Source: Fimbriosthenelais zetlandica (taxonomy: Eukaryota). From it: a DNA stretch of 64,000 bases. The stretch's first letter is position 1. Each line of letters opens with the position of its first letter. The DNA lies in the NCBI GenBank assembly GCA_977030845.1, contig OZ365111.1, positions 17,732,001-17,796,000 on the forward strand. Direction: 5' to 3'. The translations under genes were made by a program, and so were the position numbers. The notes beneath the pieces were generated by a model that was given only the letters and a program-made list of their open reading frames with translations, had not been told where the DNA came from and made no database searches. Positions 1-14,637 of this stretch are shown in pieces.

Positions 1-2024
1 ATGTATGCTTTCTTCAGGAAAGAGGAAGTATATCAGTATCTGTTCAAATGAGTAGGCGGAGGGTGGATTTCATTCATATCATTAAATTCGGGCTAGCCTC
101 CAATCACAAGCTGCTGGATGGATAAGATTAGAAGTGTTTTAGGGGGTTTAGGGGTAAATCATTGAAATTCTGTGTACGTGGAGATGTTGGAACCGAGGAC
201 CGAGTGTATATTTCTTATGTAAAGAGCTTTAAATGCAAGAATTGACTGCTTTCATTCACAGTTGGATTAAATGCCTTTCCCTCTGGAGTATAAGCTCTCT
301 CTGATAGTCTTCTGTATAGCGTTTTAGTAAAGCTTCTATATACTCGGCCTGAATCCCCTCTTACTGCCCTCGCTCGGCTACCCTTCATGTCAAGCCATGA
401 TGGATGGCTACAAGGAGGGATGTCCAGTCAATGTCCAGCCAATTGACCACTCCTAATATGGCTGGTCACTTCTACTCTGGCCTTTCATTGGCCACCCACC
501 TTCTACCTATAGGTCCACTCCAGCTCGGGGGGAGACTGAACCTCTACAAGTGGCCTCTGATCTTTCTGGAGATTTATTACTCTGTAAAACAAAGTTTTCT
601 AAGTGAAGGTCACAGACCTCAATCCCAAAAGCTTGGAGGATTTTGAGAGGTTTTGTCCCCCGTCACCTGTTTTTGTCCTCGCCCACGTACATAATTTATT
701 CATAATGCAGTTGCACTCTGCTGCAGAAGGTGAAGCATATGTATTTCTGAAGCATAGGTTATTTATCAAATTGACTTGACAGGAGTGATGAATTGTGACA
801 TTGAGCAAGGCTAGGGTATCTCAGTGCAAAATGAAAAAACTTTAACAAAATCTTTACACCTTGCATGCTTGGAAAGTGTATAAAATATCATATGGAAACC
901 CTTTTTGGTCTGTCAGCAGATACAAGTTCTTACCCATCAGATTTGTGAAGTAAAATACAGGTGCAAGGAATATAAAATAATACTTCGAGAGTTCAAATAC
1001 TGAGGGTGCTTCTCACAAAAAAAAATCTCTTATTTTGAGTGTTGTTGGTGCAGTTTTTTTTAACAGGAGGAAACGATTTAAATTCAGAGAAGATTTCTGT
1101 GACATTTCTACTGTGAGTGTGTGAATGAGAGCCATTAAATGACAGAAAGAGTAAAAAAACTATAAATGCATGCATGATGATTGAATACTGGATAAATTCA
1201 TCCAAATATAACACACTCGATTACTGCCTTATCTTCTGGTTCCCATTTGCATATATTTTCTCTCTTCAAATTTGATCATACTCCGGTATCATTAGTTCCA
1301 ATGTAGGAAGCATTATTAATTTAGTCGCATTGCTTTATAATGAATCAACACTGCTGAGACAGCGCAATCAGCAGCAATAAAGGTGGCGAGCGGCAACTAA
1401 TTAAACCCTCCGCTGAATCTCTTTGACCGTATCTCCCACGCATCAGCTAAAATGATGGATTAAATCCCCTACATAAAACTGTTAAATTCACCCCCTCGGT
1501 AACCTTAGCAGTTCCTTCTCCAACCATCTCCAAAAGCGATTACAGATTGAATATCTTTTTTTCCATCCTTCCCCCGATATGAAATTGCCTTTCCGGTTCT
1601 CAAAAAGATGGAGAAGGTGGAATTTCTTCTGCATCTCCAGCGTTGATGGATATGGTAAAATGGGAGAGAGGAGGGGATGGAGCCGGGAGAAAATTCACTT
1701 ACATTAGTGCAGCTGGGCTGGGCTAGGGGAATGGATGTTCATTCCATGAGTTGGCCTATACTGTTTTCCGTGGTGAATTGCATATTTAGGTAATATGAAA
1801 AGCTTTCACTACCAGTATTTACTACATGTGTATATACACCGTCTTTGAGAAGATGTTGTAGCTTTAAATTTATTTTCTTAACATTAGTATCTTGAAGAAG
1901 CAGTAAAAATCATCAACTACAATGGCACAAACAATTTAATATCCTGCTTTGATGTTGCAGGTCCCTCAGAAATTTCACTTGTAAATTGAATGAACAGCTG
2001 AAGCAAGGGCTATTTGGAAACATA

Positions 2025-2237
2025 CATGTCTCCCATTGTTTATGGTGAGTGGCACATGAAAAGCCAGCCATGTCTCCCAAAGTTTGTGGGGAGTGGCATG
2101 TAAAAGGCCAGCCATGTCTCCCATTAAATATGGTAAGTAGCGCGTAAAAATTCTGCCATGTCTCCCAATATTTATGGAGAGTGGCATGCAAAACTTCATC
2201 CATGTCTCCCATTGTATATATGGTGAATGACACGTGG
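2025..2237. repeat. 44-bp tandem repeat, about 5 copies
   Basis: CATGTCTCCCA units start at 2025, 2069, 2113, 2157 and 2201. Confidence 0.9.
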
Positions 2238-5200
2238 ACTTTAGAGAAGAAAAGCTTGAGAACCGACAGCGTATCCTTCCTTGTCGCAATACGATCCTGA
2301 CTGTTGCTACGACTTTAAACAATCGTATAGTATAGAAGCAGCATGTTCATTACAGTGGAGATCCGGTCATTTCTAACAGTGTTTCAGTATATAAAATAGC
2401 CCAGTAAGTGCATTCCCCTCATGATCCAGCAGACTGTAAACTATGTTCATTGATCGGCTTTGCTCTTCTCTATTCGGAGCCGTCTCACTTGATCTGCTAG
2501 TATTAGTCCATCCACCTCCTGTACGTCTTTACGCCGCTTAAATGATGATTCATGGCAGACAGACTGTATCTACCATACAGCTTATTCCAATCCTCAATTC
2601 CCTTCCCCATTCTTAGAGTGATCAGACCGCAACCCTAGCTGGAACTTGCGATTTGTTCCTATATTAAAAAGAGAGAGGGTTGTGACAGTCACTGGGCTTA
2701 TTTTACAGGATTGGCCACTGTTGTTGCAATATGGATGGCGATTACCGTCGCAACCTGTCGATGGCCCTCGCAGTCTGTGCAATAGATAGCCTCTTGACTA
2801 TAGTAACATAATCTTTCACTGTCCATTCAGTTGATCTTCTGAGACACTAAGATAGAGGAAGGATCTAAGCTATTAGAAAGCACCCCACTGCAGAATTAAT
2901 CAAATTAAATGAAATAATCGAAAACTTTCATTAGATTTCCCGATATATCGAATAGATAATAAGACCAGATATAAAACAATTCTCGGCATAACTGCTGTCC
3001 AGTTTATAAAGAGAAAAATCTATTGTCCCACAAAACAGAACCCCAGTTAAAGCGCCAGTGGTTCCATGTCGATTTTCTGTGATAAAAATCATGTCTCTGG
3101 GCCACAACATGTAACCCCCATCCGCCTGTAAGTTGACCTAATCAGAAAACACAATATGAGACAAGATTATATCAGTACCATGTCACACTAGTCTACCCCC
3201 TCCATGACCTCCTCCTTGTTTTCTGTCATAGAATGTGCACCCCCATCCCCTACTGACTCTATCACTTAAATTAAGCCAGGCCTATTATTGACCTCTTCAT
3301 ACTACCACAATTTATTCCATCCAGCTGTTTGTTTTATGGAGAAATATTTTGCTTTTCCGGGACATTTTTGCCCAGTTTTGTGGCGAGAGACCATAGTGTA
3401 ACTGCGCGAGGGATGACCTGTATTTGGCGACAACAACCAATGCTTCAAATGTGATAAAGCTGGTTCAAATTCTGACATTGAAACCTGCTTGAAAGTGATC
3501 TCTGCTTCCTTAAAATATGCCTTGAGATATGTGAATGTCATCACAAATATCACAGATGGGAGTGTGTGACCTAGCCCAATTTGTTGATGCAGCTTCCCTC
3601 AAAATCCCTTGTCTTAACCAAGCCCACCTCCCAGTTCAAACCTGCCTTCCCCCTTTTTAACTCCTAAAGCTTTGAGGCTAATGGAACGTTGGTCTGGCCG
3701 CAAGTTTTCTGGCCGATTTAACTTCATTGCGGGGGCAGGACGGAAGCGGAAGCTGGAAGGATATGATGGATGAGATAGGAGGATGATCTCAGGAGCGGCT
3801 GGTGGTCGTACAGGGGGTCAACTCTATACCTCGCGCCATTTTAGATTCAAAAGATACACCTTTTCATGAGTTTATCGCGCTTTATGCGTGGGCCTTTCAT
3901 ATCCTGGTCTTTAATTTCCTGCTGTGAGTATGCATTTTATATGTAGTGACCCGCATAAGTGAGAACACAATTCAGTATTTGTCTACTTGAACTTTGACAA
4001 CAATTGGAAGCACCATGCAGTTCTATTTCTGCATAAAATATGGAACCTTTCCATGTAGTTTTCCACACTTGTTTAAGGACTAAATGTAGGTCTACATTTG
4101 TGAAATTCTTTAGAAATACCAAGAAGAAGCTCATATTTATTCCGGCAATCACAAGGTGGATCACCATGCAAATTTACATCTGAGCTGACCTCATTTGTCA
4201 AAAAAAGCCAAGACGTGATGTATGAGAGCGTTCAGAACTCCAATATCGAGCAATCATTCCTGAGCCCACATCCAAATTGGCAGCATGGGCAAACCCATGA
4301 CCACTTACACTACCACCAAAAACGGTTGAAAATAAACGCAAAGAAAAAACGTAATATTACATAATATTGGAACAGTGGAAGTTGTTCCTTGTTCTGATTC
4401 GATCAAGTCATGTATTTTAACATACAGTTTTACATATTTAAAATTTTTCACTGAATCCCAACCCTGATTTCTGACATCCTTAAAGGTGCTAGCTACTTTG
4501 TGAGAGTCTTGGCACAGGATATAGTAGGCTATGAGGGACCAGGAATGTGCTGTGACTATGGGAAGGGTGATGAGGCCGGAAGAAGCAGCGGCCTCGTTGT
4601 TTCCTCATTATATAAATGGTTTGTTTATGGTCATGTATTATATACCATGGCATTTACACAGGGTCGGCTTTATCGCCAGAATATGTAAGGCAGATTCATA
4701 TTAACGCTGGGATGTACAGAGGGATTTGATGTAAAAATATGGACCTAACCCTAGATTATATATGTAGGCCCTGGGCTATATATACATTGCAGCATTTAAG
4801 GGTGCTCTAGGGTGCTTTTCCGAATGCCACTTTGTATTTTGGCGACAAAGTGCCACAGATGCTGCATCAATATTATACTGTATGTTAAATGAATATTTCC
4901 AGGCTATACTACTACATGGCCTTTCTGGAGTCACAATGTTTTCTGAAACTCAAACCGAAAGGAAATATTTCTGTAGGAAATTGAAATTGAAATTGAAATT
5001 GTCTGCCATCCTTTTACGTCACAGCAATAGCCAGGATCATATCGCATAATGAGTCATTTATATACCTGCTTTGCAGACAATGAGAAACAAATAGTATAGT
5101 AACATCTGATAGAGACAAAATTTGGTGCACATATCGAAAAAGCGAAATCGTGTATTAGTTACAATGTCGGAGAGGATGTCCTGTTAGAAAATTTGCATAC

Positions 5201-6009
5201 GTAGCATTACTTGCACTTTTAGAATTATATCCTGGATTCATATAAACATTGATATCATGTGTTTCATATGTAGGCTATGTAACTATCCACATGCATGCAT
5301 GCTACTAAAGTCTTTTATATACTACATCACGAGAATTCTTTCCTTTTAATAAATCTAACCATTTTACAATACTCACGTGCGATAAAGTATCTTTAAAACG
5401 ATATTTTGCTTCAGAATACTGTCCAGTTCATAAGGGCTTGCCATATTTCACTAACTAATGTCTCCCATATTCCTACCATGTTTCATAAGAGTACTCATAA
5501 GTATCACAAGTAATAATATGTTCCATAATCCTGCCAATTCCATACGCGGCGTACCTAATTGATGCAGGGATACCATATGGAACAGCCGCCTTGGTACATG
5601 CATATATACCACACGGGTGGTATAATATGAAATAGCTGGGTGTAAAGATGGCAATAATTGCCTTGGCACCAGGTTAGACTGGGGAGTATGCGTTTGCCTG
5701 CTGCTTTGCTGGCATATTGCTATAGGTATGATGTACGTTCAAATAGAAGTAGACCGCGCTACAAGAATTCCTGGGGTGTTATTGGTTCCCTAGTATGCTA
5801 AATACTTAGCATTACTGCTGGACTTGACAATACCTGCATCTCCCATATACAAGTCTCTGTCGCAGTATCAATTAAAGCACTTTTTTCAATCAGAATATTA
5901 ATCAAATTCGCCATGTGAATGAGATACATTATATCGGGAACAACTTTGAGGGTCACCCAAATGTAATATATGCAGTTTTAAGGGGACAAATTTGCATATT
6001 ATTGACGCC

Positions 6010-6292
6010 TACTTGCCTTTCCCCTGTATTTTGACGATTGCTACTAGCCTTTGCCTTTCCCTGTATTTTAACGATTGCTACTAGTCTTTGCCTACCCCTG
6101 TATTTTAACGATTGCTACTATCCTTTGCCTTTCCCTGTATTTTAACGAGTGTTACCAGCCTTTGCCTTTCCCTTTATTTTAACGGGAGCTACTAGCCTTT
6201 CCCTTTCCCTGTATTTTAACGTGAGCTACTAGCAGCCTTTGTCTGTATTTTAACGAGTATTACTAGCCTCTTTGCCCTTGCTTGTATTTTAA
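6010..6292. repeat. About 37-bp minisatellite, 7-8 copies
   Basis: CCTTTCCCTGTATTTTAACGATTGCTACTAG-like units, degenerating rightwards. Confidence 0.9.
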
Positions 6293-6620
6293 GGAGAGGT
6301 AGCTGTATAGATCACAATACTGTGAGGAGAGATAGGGTGGGAGGCCTGAGGTTGTGAAACACGTATGAACCAGGTGGACATGGCACCTGTAAGCTGATTA
6401 TCTACCAGCAGCCCAGAAACTCCCAGACTCCACCACTAAACTGCCCCCTTGCAACTAGAAGAAGAATTCACTGGGGATTTTATGAGTGCTGCCCACAGGT
6501 CGTGCTAGATTGCCTTGTGCTCCAGCTGTAGACACTCTTTTGCAAGGACACTTTCAAGAGTTATTACAAGAAAAAGATTTCCGCAGCTAAACCAAAGTCT
6601 GGCTCTTTCAATACAAACAG

Positions 6621-6781
6621 GGGTGTACATGGGTCCCCTTTTTTATGCAGGCCTGTGTCAGAATGTCACACGATAAAAATGTCTCATGTCGCGTGTCAGT
6701 TTGTGGCAACTCGATCTGTGTCAGAGTGTCGCCCTTCATTTAGGGCCATGTCGCTGTGTCAATTTTTAGCCATGTACACCC
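6621..6781. mobile_element. MITE-like element
   Basis: Perfect 12-bp inverted termini GGGTGTACATGG / CCATGTACACCC; no clear TSD. Confidence 0.55.
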
Positions 6782-9700
6782 ATACAAGCCATCGCGATTT
6801 TTAGACTGCTTCAAAATGGGGTTTACAATGACCCATTGCAATGAAGTATGGCCAGTCCTTTAAGGCGACAGCTGTCGCAACGTATATTTTGATCGCTGTC
6901 ACAATATGGCGAGGATTGTCGCAGCATATATGGCGAAGATTCGCAATATGACGACAGCTATCGCAAGATGGCAGTGGCTCTCGCACACCTGTGTTGTGAA
7001 TCTTATACAATAAACTCATGCGATTAGACAAAGAATCTCCCGAGTATGTATAGTTGTACCGTATTGCTAGTGAGAGAGAGAGAGAGCAGCAGCAGAGAGA
7101 GGTATACTTCCTGCATACTTTATTCCGGTAGGCAGGATTTGTAGTGGGACTAAAGGAGAAGGACTGCCGTGACTGGGGGGGGGGGGACAAGGTAGTAAAA
7201 ATATCCATTATTAAAACACCAGATAACTAGATAACTAAACCAAGTCTCTACAGCCGACAGTGCTACACTGTTGAGTATTCTTTGTAAAAACTGCTCATCA
7301 ACCTATAGTTTCGTTTACTTTATTTGGTTAGGGATTAGGAATTCAAAAGGAGAATTATTTATAGATCTCCAATTCATTGTGGGCCTATATTATATGGAGG
7401 AAATAACTCCAATCTATGCACCATTCTGGATTTTAACCTCCAGAAAATCTCGCTAAAATGGTATAGGATTTACAACTTAAAGTAACAGTGTAAGGCACTA
7501 TTTTAAAGCCCTGCTTCATTCGTTTAAAGAGACCCTGATTGTCGTATTGCACATTTCTCAGCAATACAAGCCTGTACGATATAAAGAGAGTGAGCACCCA
7601 CCCCTCCCTCCTCCATCTCCACTCTATATACTTCTCTCTTGCAGCAGGCCAAATTTATATCCCAAGCACTTGGTGCGAAGTTATGACACCGGTAAATTTG
7701 ATAGAGGAGATTGGTTTCCTGAATTATGGGAACCAGTCTGGTGGGCAGGGTGAGAGAAAGCGCTGTAAGACACTGCGAAATTGTGACATAAGTTGCCAAG
7801 CCACAGATGGGTATTGCACCTTGCTGTCAGGCTATTCTTTTTGAATACCTATTCTTTTCAAATTAAATCTGACAAAACCTATGACATGGGAACTTTTAGT
7901 TTTACATTAAATTGTATGAATTGATAGTACTATTCAATGATTATATATGTACTTACAGTTAACAGGGTTGCACCTGTCATTAAATTATTGGAGACATTAA
8001 CTGCCCTGATATATCTATGATGCACTGAGCTATTAATAAAATACAGTAATTAATTTGGGTGTAAAATGTGACAGTCTCTTAGGCTTTATTAGGGAAATAA
8101 TTAAAAGAAAAGGTCTGACATTCTATCCATGCAAAAGCATAATCCAAGTCCACTGCCCAGTCCTCGTATTTTTAGATATGGAGATGGCGTGGCATCGACT
8201 TAACAGATCTGGGCCAATAGGTTGGCGTGTTGGTGACCTTTGTATGCTTCTGAGTGAGGTAGAAATGTCATTTGATATTGCTATACCTATTGCCTGGAGG
8301 TCTGCTATATACGGCCTTTCTATCCGACGCTTCATAACTAAATGGATGGTGTGAGAAAGTTATGGCTCGGGGGTGTATAATTGCTGTCTCACAGGTCGTG
8401 TGAAGCCCCTTCTGTCTTATTGAGGCGCACATAGATTAATTGAGTATTGGCATGTTCTAAGATTGGTATAGCCTTTAGGTCTTATATTGCAACCTCGTAC
8501 AGAAAAGTGGATGTGTGGGTGGGTGGGATGGGTCAAAGCCAATGTCCATTTAACATTATAGGAGCTCCGAATGTGGAGAATGCCTTGAATTTATAGTGCA
8601 ACAGTACAGAAAGTAGTATGGGTAGAGGCCACAGATTCAACATTGCTAATATTTTGCTTTTTAAACAAATTTTATATTTTCCAGGGGTTCGTTTCAAAAC
8701 AGACAAAAGTCTATATATATAAAATTTGTTTTGAAATGGCCCTCAATGATCAATTCCTGGGACCCATTTCAAAATTAGCAATTTTTATTTTGAAACAGGC
8801 TCCTGACATTAGTAATATCTCACGAAAGCTCAGAAAATAAAATAATTGTCAATAAGGAATCACATCAGTGTAATAGAATGGTAATGAAATCTGATGTATG
8901 GACGACCAGCTATATAATTTAACTTCCTTGTCCTTGAGGACAGGCGAAGTGATCATGCGCTGTCGGTCAACACTAAATCTATATCAAGTATCTAATGAAA
9001 GACCTCTCCTTCCAAATAGTACCTGTAGGACGTCAGTTATCATTCTTACTGGCACTTATGTTTGATTCCAATATGATGACTAAGCAGATTCTAGCCTCGT
9101 AAAAGACATCACCTGTCTAGCCGGTCCTGCTATATTGATTAAAAGCAGAGACGTCCTGACAGAGTCTATATTTTTGGTTTTAACATCAATAAATCAACTG
9201 TCTATTATTGATTTTCATCTGTATCCAAGCGTGGCATGTAATCATAGGAATGGCGAAGACGTCCTTGGCATGTCCGTATTATATGCAATATGGAAGCGGC
9301 TAAGTAGGTGACAGTGGTAATGGAATGGCAAGGGAAATATACATAGATGGTGGAAATTTAAATCATTTGAAAGAAATGCGCCGGATTGGGGAATCGAATA
9401 TTTTTGTCAACTTCTATTGACTTGTTGAGCAAACAAATGAAATTCAAGTCATTTGGGCAATGGCCATGCAGCTCCATAGATAAGTGGGAAGGTGACAGTT
9501 TTTGGTGGGTAGGAGAGAGGGTTGTAAGTCTGCTGTTATTGCACTATTCATCTGATTAAATAGTCCATTCTGTTATAAATGACTTTCAATACAGGATGAG
9601 TGGGTAGGAACGGGCGTTGAAGCGTGCGTGGAACAAACAGTGTCCAAGCGTGTTGGTTAATTGCTAAATCATTGTGGAGTTTGGGCTAGTAAATTTTAGT

Positions 9701-10348
9701 GGGGGAGGGGACATTGATGAAAAGACCAACCCCAAATAGTTGGTGGGCATTGTCATTCTCAACTCACCCTCACCCCACCCCTTCAGCTCTGGGGAAATAT
9801 GCCTTCCTATGCAGGGAAATTTGGCAGACAAAACAGATCCTGAAAACCTTTCAGAAGAGGAAATGACTTCCATATATTGCCAACTTCCTCATTCCGATTC
9901 CCATTTTCAGCAAGTCGTGCGGGTGAAGTGACGGTTGGGTCCATTCATCAAGCATTGTCCTACAGAAGAAAATTGGGCTTTCTTTTGGGACGCCATAGTC
10001 TGAGTCGGTGGATGTCACTTTAAAACATTGACCTTTTCATATAATAGATGCCAAGTGTTTTGTAAGATACAATGTCTATACGTTTCTTTAGCCAAGAAGG
10101 CTGTCACACTTTCAATATGGCTTCTTGGTGCAAATTTGGCCCTATATATGAATGGTTCGGCATACAAATATAGCTGATATAGACACCATGAATAGGAAAT
10201 GATTTCCATGTATAGCAAATCTGGTTCCTGCACAATGGCTTCCATTATTAAAAGTATTTATAGGCCTACATTGGGATTCACGCGATATTAGAAACTTGGC
10301 ATTTGGTTTCTGCATTCAGAAATCTCACATGCTTCTTATAACCTTATA

Positions 10349-10489
10349 GGGCTTCTCCACTAAGTGCAAACTGCTTGCGAATGTGTGCGAATGTCAATCA
10401 CACGTCGCAAGCACTAGCTTCAAGTATCAAAATCATTTGATTTTTTTTGCTGCGATATTCGTGCCTAATTCGCAATAGTGCAAGAGCCC
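10349..10489. mobile_element. Harbinger-like MITE
   Basis: Imperfect TIRs GGGCTTCTCCACT / AGTGCAAGAGCCC. The TGCGA/TCGCA-rich interior resembles segments near 6860-6980, 48520-48660 and 51100-51350. Confidence 0.55.
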
Positions 10490-11390
10490 GATTAGAAATA
10501 CTGGTTCCTATATATGGCGATGCCCAAGTTCTGCGAATCTAACAGTATTTAGCCCTTTCGCGGCTGACAATGCAATAAATCATTTTAGCCATTTTTACAC
10601 AATAATATAGCCAGGAATTCATGTGCCTTCCATATATCATCGACCAGACCGTCTTGCTGGCAAAGCAGTTGGAAATTAATGAAGTGTGCTGGGGGAAATT
10701 TTAAGGGAAAGTGGCAAAGCTATGAAAAACTCCAGCTGGCTACAAATTAGGTTACTGCTATGATCGATCGCTTCTTTCAGTGGTAGCATGCTCCCAATTT
10801 ATGCGGTGTCCGGCGACTAGTGGGAACTAGTGGCAAGCGGTATTCCTGTCGTAGGAGAGCAAACACCTCGAGATTGGGCGATTGATTTGAGTCAGGAACA
10901 GGGGAATCTACACATTGAGCCCCAGTGTTGCTGCATGTTGGGCTTGTTTGTTTTTTATTTAAGTTGCCCTTGAAGCACTTGAGGATATTTTCATTTGCCG
11001 AAGTTTTGCAGTTGAAAATTGTTAAACTAGGAAAATATCATAATAGTACATCTGATAATATTTCATGCTTACTATACCAACAATGTATTAATACTGGTAT
11101 ATCTGAACCATGGGCCTCGTCCGAGGAAAGGAACACTATCTTAAACCTTAATTTCCCTGAGGTGTCCTAATGGGCTTTCTGAAAGAGGTTTTAAAAGTCA
11201 ATTGTTTTTGTTACTGGAGAGTCGATTGATTATTTAAGCACCAGAGGGAGCTTATATCAGGCTTCAGCATGTGTACGAGAGAGATGCATGGCTGATAGCA
11301 GTAAATGGTATGTATACTATATTAGACTGCTTCCAGAGTAGAGCTACGGATGCCAGTACTGGTGAAATATGGCTGGAATTAAGACATTGA

Positions 11391-11670
11391 GAAATCATCG
11401 GTTGGTCATCAGGCCAATTTTCTGGGTTTTTTAAACCACAAATATTCTCTTACAAGACAAATTAAAAAGATTTACATGATAGCAATGCACACATGGGAAG
11501 AAAGTTCATCCCCTTCATGTTCCTTTTAGCTTGAAAAATCATCATGTTGGTGATCAGGCTGGTTTTCTGGTTTTTAAAAACCACTAATACAAATCACAGA
11601 TTAAAAAAATTTACATGATAATAATGCACACAAGGGATGAAAGTTCATCCCCTTCATATTCCCTTTAACT
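11391..11670. repeat. Diverged direct duplication of about 145 bp
   Basis: Two copies of AAATCATC...TTTACATGATA...GAAAGTTCATCCCCTTCAT. Confidence 0.8.
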
Positions 11671-12444
11671 TTTTTATACATAGTAATTTTTGTATTTTTT
11701 CTCAAATTATTTCTGCCTATATTCAGATGCCTAATGAAGCCTGTTCCCACGTTGAATTGTCCTGTCAGATCTGTGTGTTATTATTATTTAGCTGGTGTAG
11801 GAGTCAGTAATATAATCTGACTTATATACCCTTGTATAATAAATGTGTCAATTGCTACGGGCATTGGGATGGGAATTACAGCGCTACATCTCTGTAGCTT
11901 GGTTTATATTAGCATGTCAGCCTCATTTATTGCCAAAAGAGGCAAACGGATCTGTCACTTCTACAACCCTCACTCAGTGTGACCTCATTCCGTCCCCTCA
12001 AACCCTACTCCCTGTCACTTCCTTCTGCACTTTCCATGTGTAGGCCTATGTTACATGCATAAATGTACTATAACTAAGAACTATTTTCCTTTGGCATTTC
12101 ACACATTTTCTTTGCACAGCAAATCTCATTAAAAGTGGTTTAATGTTTTATAATTCATAATTAATAATTTAATATCGGCAATAGAACCTTCTTCATTTGC
12201 TGAGGGATACAATGCATGGGGAGAAATATTGGTTATATTTATATTTAAAATGTCATATTACATTTGTTTATATTTATATCAGCCAGTGAAATCATTAACA
12301 TGCAACTTCTCATAAAATGTAATTAAACATTTCATTATGTATTATAACATCTCATCAAAATTTAATAACATCTCAATTTACAATATATTGATCAAAACAA
12401 CATCTGATTACATCGTATTTAATAGGATTTTTTATAATTTTTTG

Positions 12445-13881
12445 TTTCAAATTATGTTGATGTTTTCTAGAAAGTTAGTGCAAATCCAGTGAAAGGTGTG
12501 CAAATGGGCCTAAAATCACGAACAAAATAAAAATGGAGGAGGATCAAAAGTTTTTAGGTGCATATAGTATAGGTGTGGGGCTATACAAAAATATAAATTT
12601 CAGGAGTTAAATATGAAAAACGGTTGCCATGGTAACATAATAAAGTTAGGTGGTCATCGATAATCAACTCTGTCTGTACATGAGGACCAGCTTTAACCAC
12701 TACATGGGTTATTTGAGCCAATTTCTTTTCAGACCATGCTATTTTTAAGAATTTTATTTTGTAGTTGAGGTGTGTCCATATATCCGCTATGAAAAAAATA
12801 TATGGGGCATATACCTGACATTTCTAGGCTTGATGGGGCAGGGATCCAACTATAGTCAGATTTGTTGGTTTTCGGATTGATTTTTGATTTCGACCTTTCC
12901 AGAAAATTCTTTTATTCTCACTTTTTCATCAAGTATCAGTGCCAGACAAAAGTGGCTGATAAGTTTAATGTTATAGTCAGGTTGACTGTTAGGTCCTGTG
13001 GGAAAATGACGAATAAATTTCCGACCAATATAGAATATGTTCTATAGGTAATAAGGAACAATGAAAGCTAATTGATGGCAATCTCGATGGGCTTAATGCT
13101 GATATTCAAATCCATCTTCATGCTGTGGTTTCCATGGAAACTTTCCAAATTAGGTGTTATTATGATATGCTAATGCCTCCATGGTAAGGCATTTTTTAAA
13201 TGTTGTATCAATAGTTAAATATGTTAATTGTTGGAATAATTAGAAGAAAACCGTTTTTGCTTAATGCTGATACTCATATACAGTATTTATCTCAAATATA
13301 AGTTTTGCCCTCCCCCACATACCGCTTTTAAAATTTTTTCACAATAAATGCACCAAGATGTCTGGTAGGGATGACCCGTATTTTTAGAAAAATTTGTGAA
13401 CCCTCTTCCATTAGTACTTAACAGTAGGGGACCTTTATGTCTTAATGCTGATACTCATATACAAACATTGTGGAAAGCTGTTTTTTGAGTCCTGTACCTA
13501 TGCTAATACAGTAAAAAATACAAAAATTAGCTTAAACGGATCTTGGCGATAATATTGGATGACAGACCAGTGCAAAGTAAAAAAATAACATGAATTTGAC
13601 ATTGTGGAGGGCCATGAATTTATGATAATGGGGTAATTTTTCTAAAAATGGGGCAAAAATGGTCATTTTTAGCCCATACAGGCCAAAATATTGACCCTAG
13701 ATATACAAAACCCCCAAGTCACAGCAAGTCCTCATTGAGTTTGACCTTTCGGAGCGAAAAAATTACAGGGAAAAGGAACTGGTAAAAAAAATAGGGCTAA
13801 AACTCATTTTCGAGGCATTTGCACACCTTTCACTGGATTTGCACAACTACTCCAGTAGAAAAACATCCGCATAATTTGACA
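12445..13881. mobile_element. About 1.4-kb non-autonomous DNA transposon remnant
   Basis: Perfect 29-bp inverted repeat GTGCAAATCCAGTGAAAGGTGTGCAAATG (12478-12506 / 13816-13844) with degenerate outward extension; internal CTTAATGCTGATA repeats. Confidence 0.7.
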
Positions 13882-14499
13882 TAAAAGGAAAATAAGTATC
13901 ATGAGAAATACCATTGAATACGACATAACATCTCATTGAATAAAATGTAAAATCCAGTTAAATATAATGTCACATTGTTTCATGGCCGTTACATTATATA
14001 CTGCCTAGGGGTTCTTGCCTGTTCCCCACTTACCCCCACCAGCCCCGGCAAGCACTACAGTCCACTCGAGCCTGGACATTAATAGCTCTCCCTGCCTCAG
14101 GGGAGGTGTGACTGACCCCCATTGTACTAAGGTATCGATCTTTTTTTCAACCCTCTGTGTGAACTATAGCCCGGTATGAAAAGAGCCCTCCATATCAATA
14201 TAGCCCGCTCCCTCCCTCCATCCTACCGCTCCTTGCTCACATCAGTTCAATATGCCATAACTCAACTGCTTTCACCCATATATACACTCTTGGCAATAAT
14301 CAAAAGTATAAATGCATTTTTCTTTTCTTTCAGGACGATTTTGGTCACGTATTTGATGGGAATCTTCCATGGAGGCAATGATGATGCCCGGCGTTTAAAA
14401 GTAGGTATAAGCGATTTCATAGTTAATTGCTGCAGAATTTAATGTTCAATTTTGCCATCAGTGTTTGCTGCTGCACCAATGTCAATGACATGCAGACCA

Positions 14500-14637
14500 A
14501 CCCTATAACTAAACCGACCACCTCCATAAACCGACCATATTGGTCTGGTCACATTTTGTCCATAAAGCGACCACCTCCTTATAGAGACCACTTTTGGTCA
14601 GTCCCAAAGGTGGACGGTTTAAGGGCAGCACTGTACT
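14500..14637. mobile_element. Degenerate Tc1/Tigger-type MITE fragment
   Basis: Repeated GACCACCT-type subterminal motifs ending in CACTGTA; a related inverted fragment lies at about 39930-40110. Confidence 0.4.

Noticed and set aside
1913-2322. Overlapping ORFs with recurring MGDM / WETW motifs
   Set aside because: These are artefacts of reading through the 44-bp tandem repeat.
5451-5860. Open minus-strand frame (PGAKAIIAIFTPSYFILYHPCGIYAC...) as a possible transposase relic
   Set aside because: It is bounded by stops and has no catalytic motif I can identify with confidence; an HMM search would be needed.
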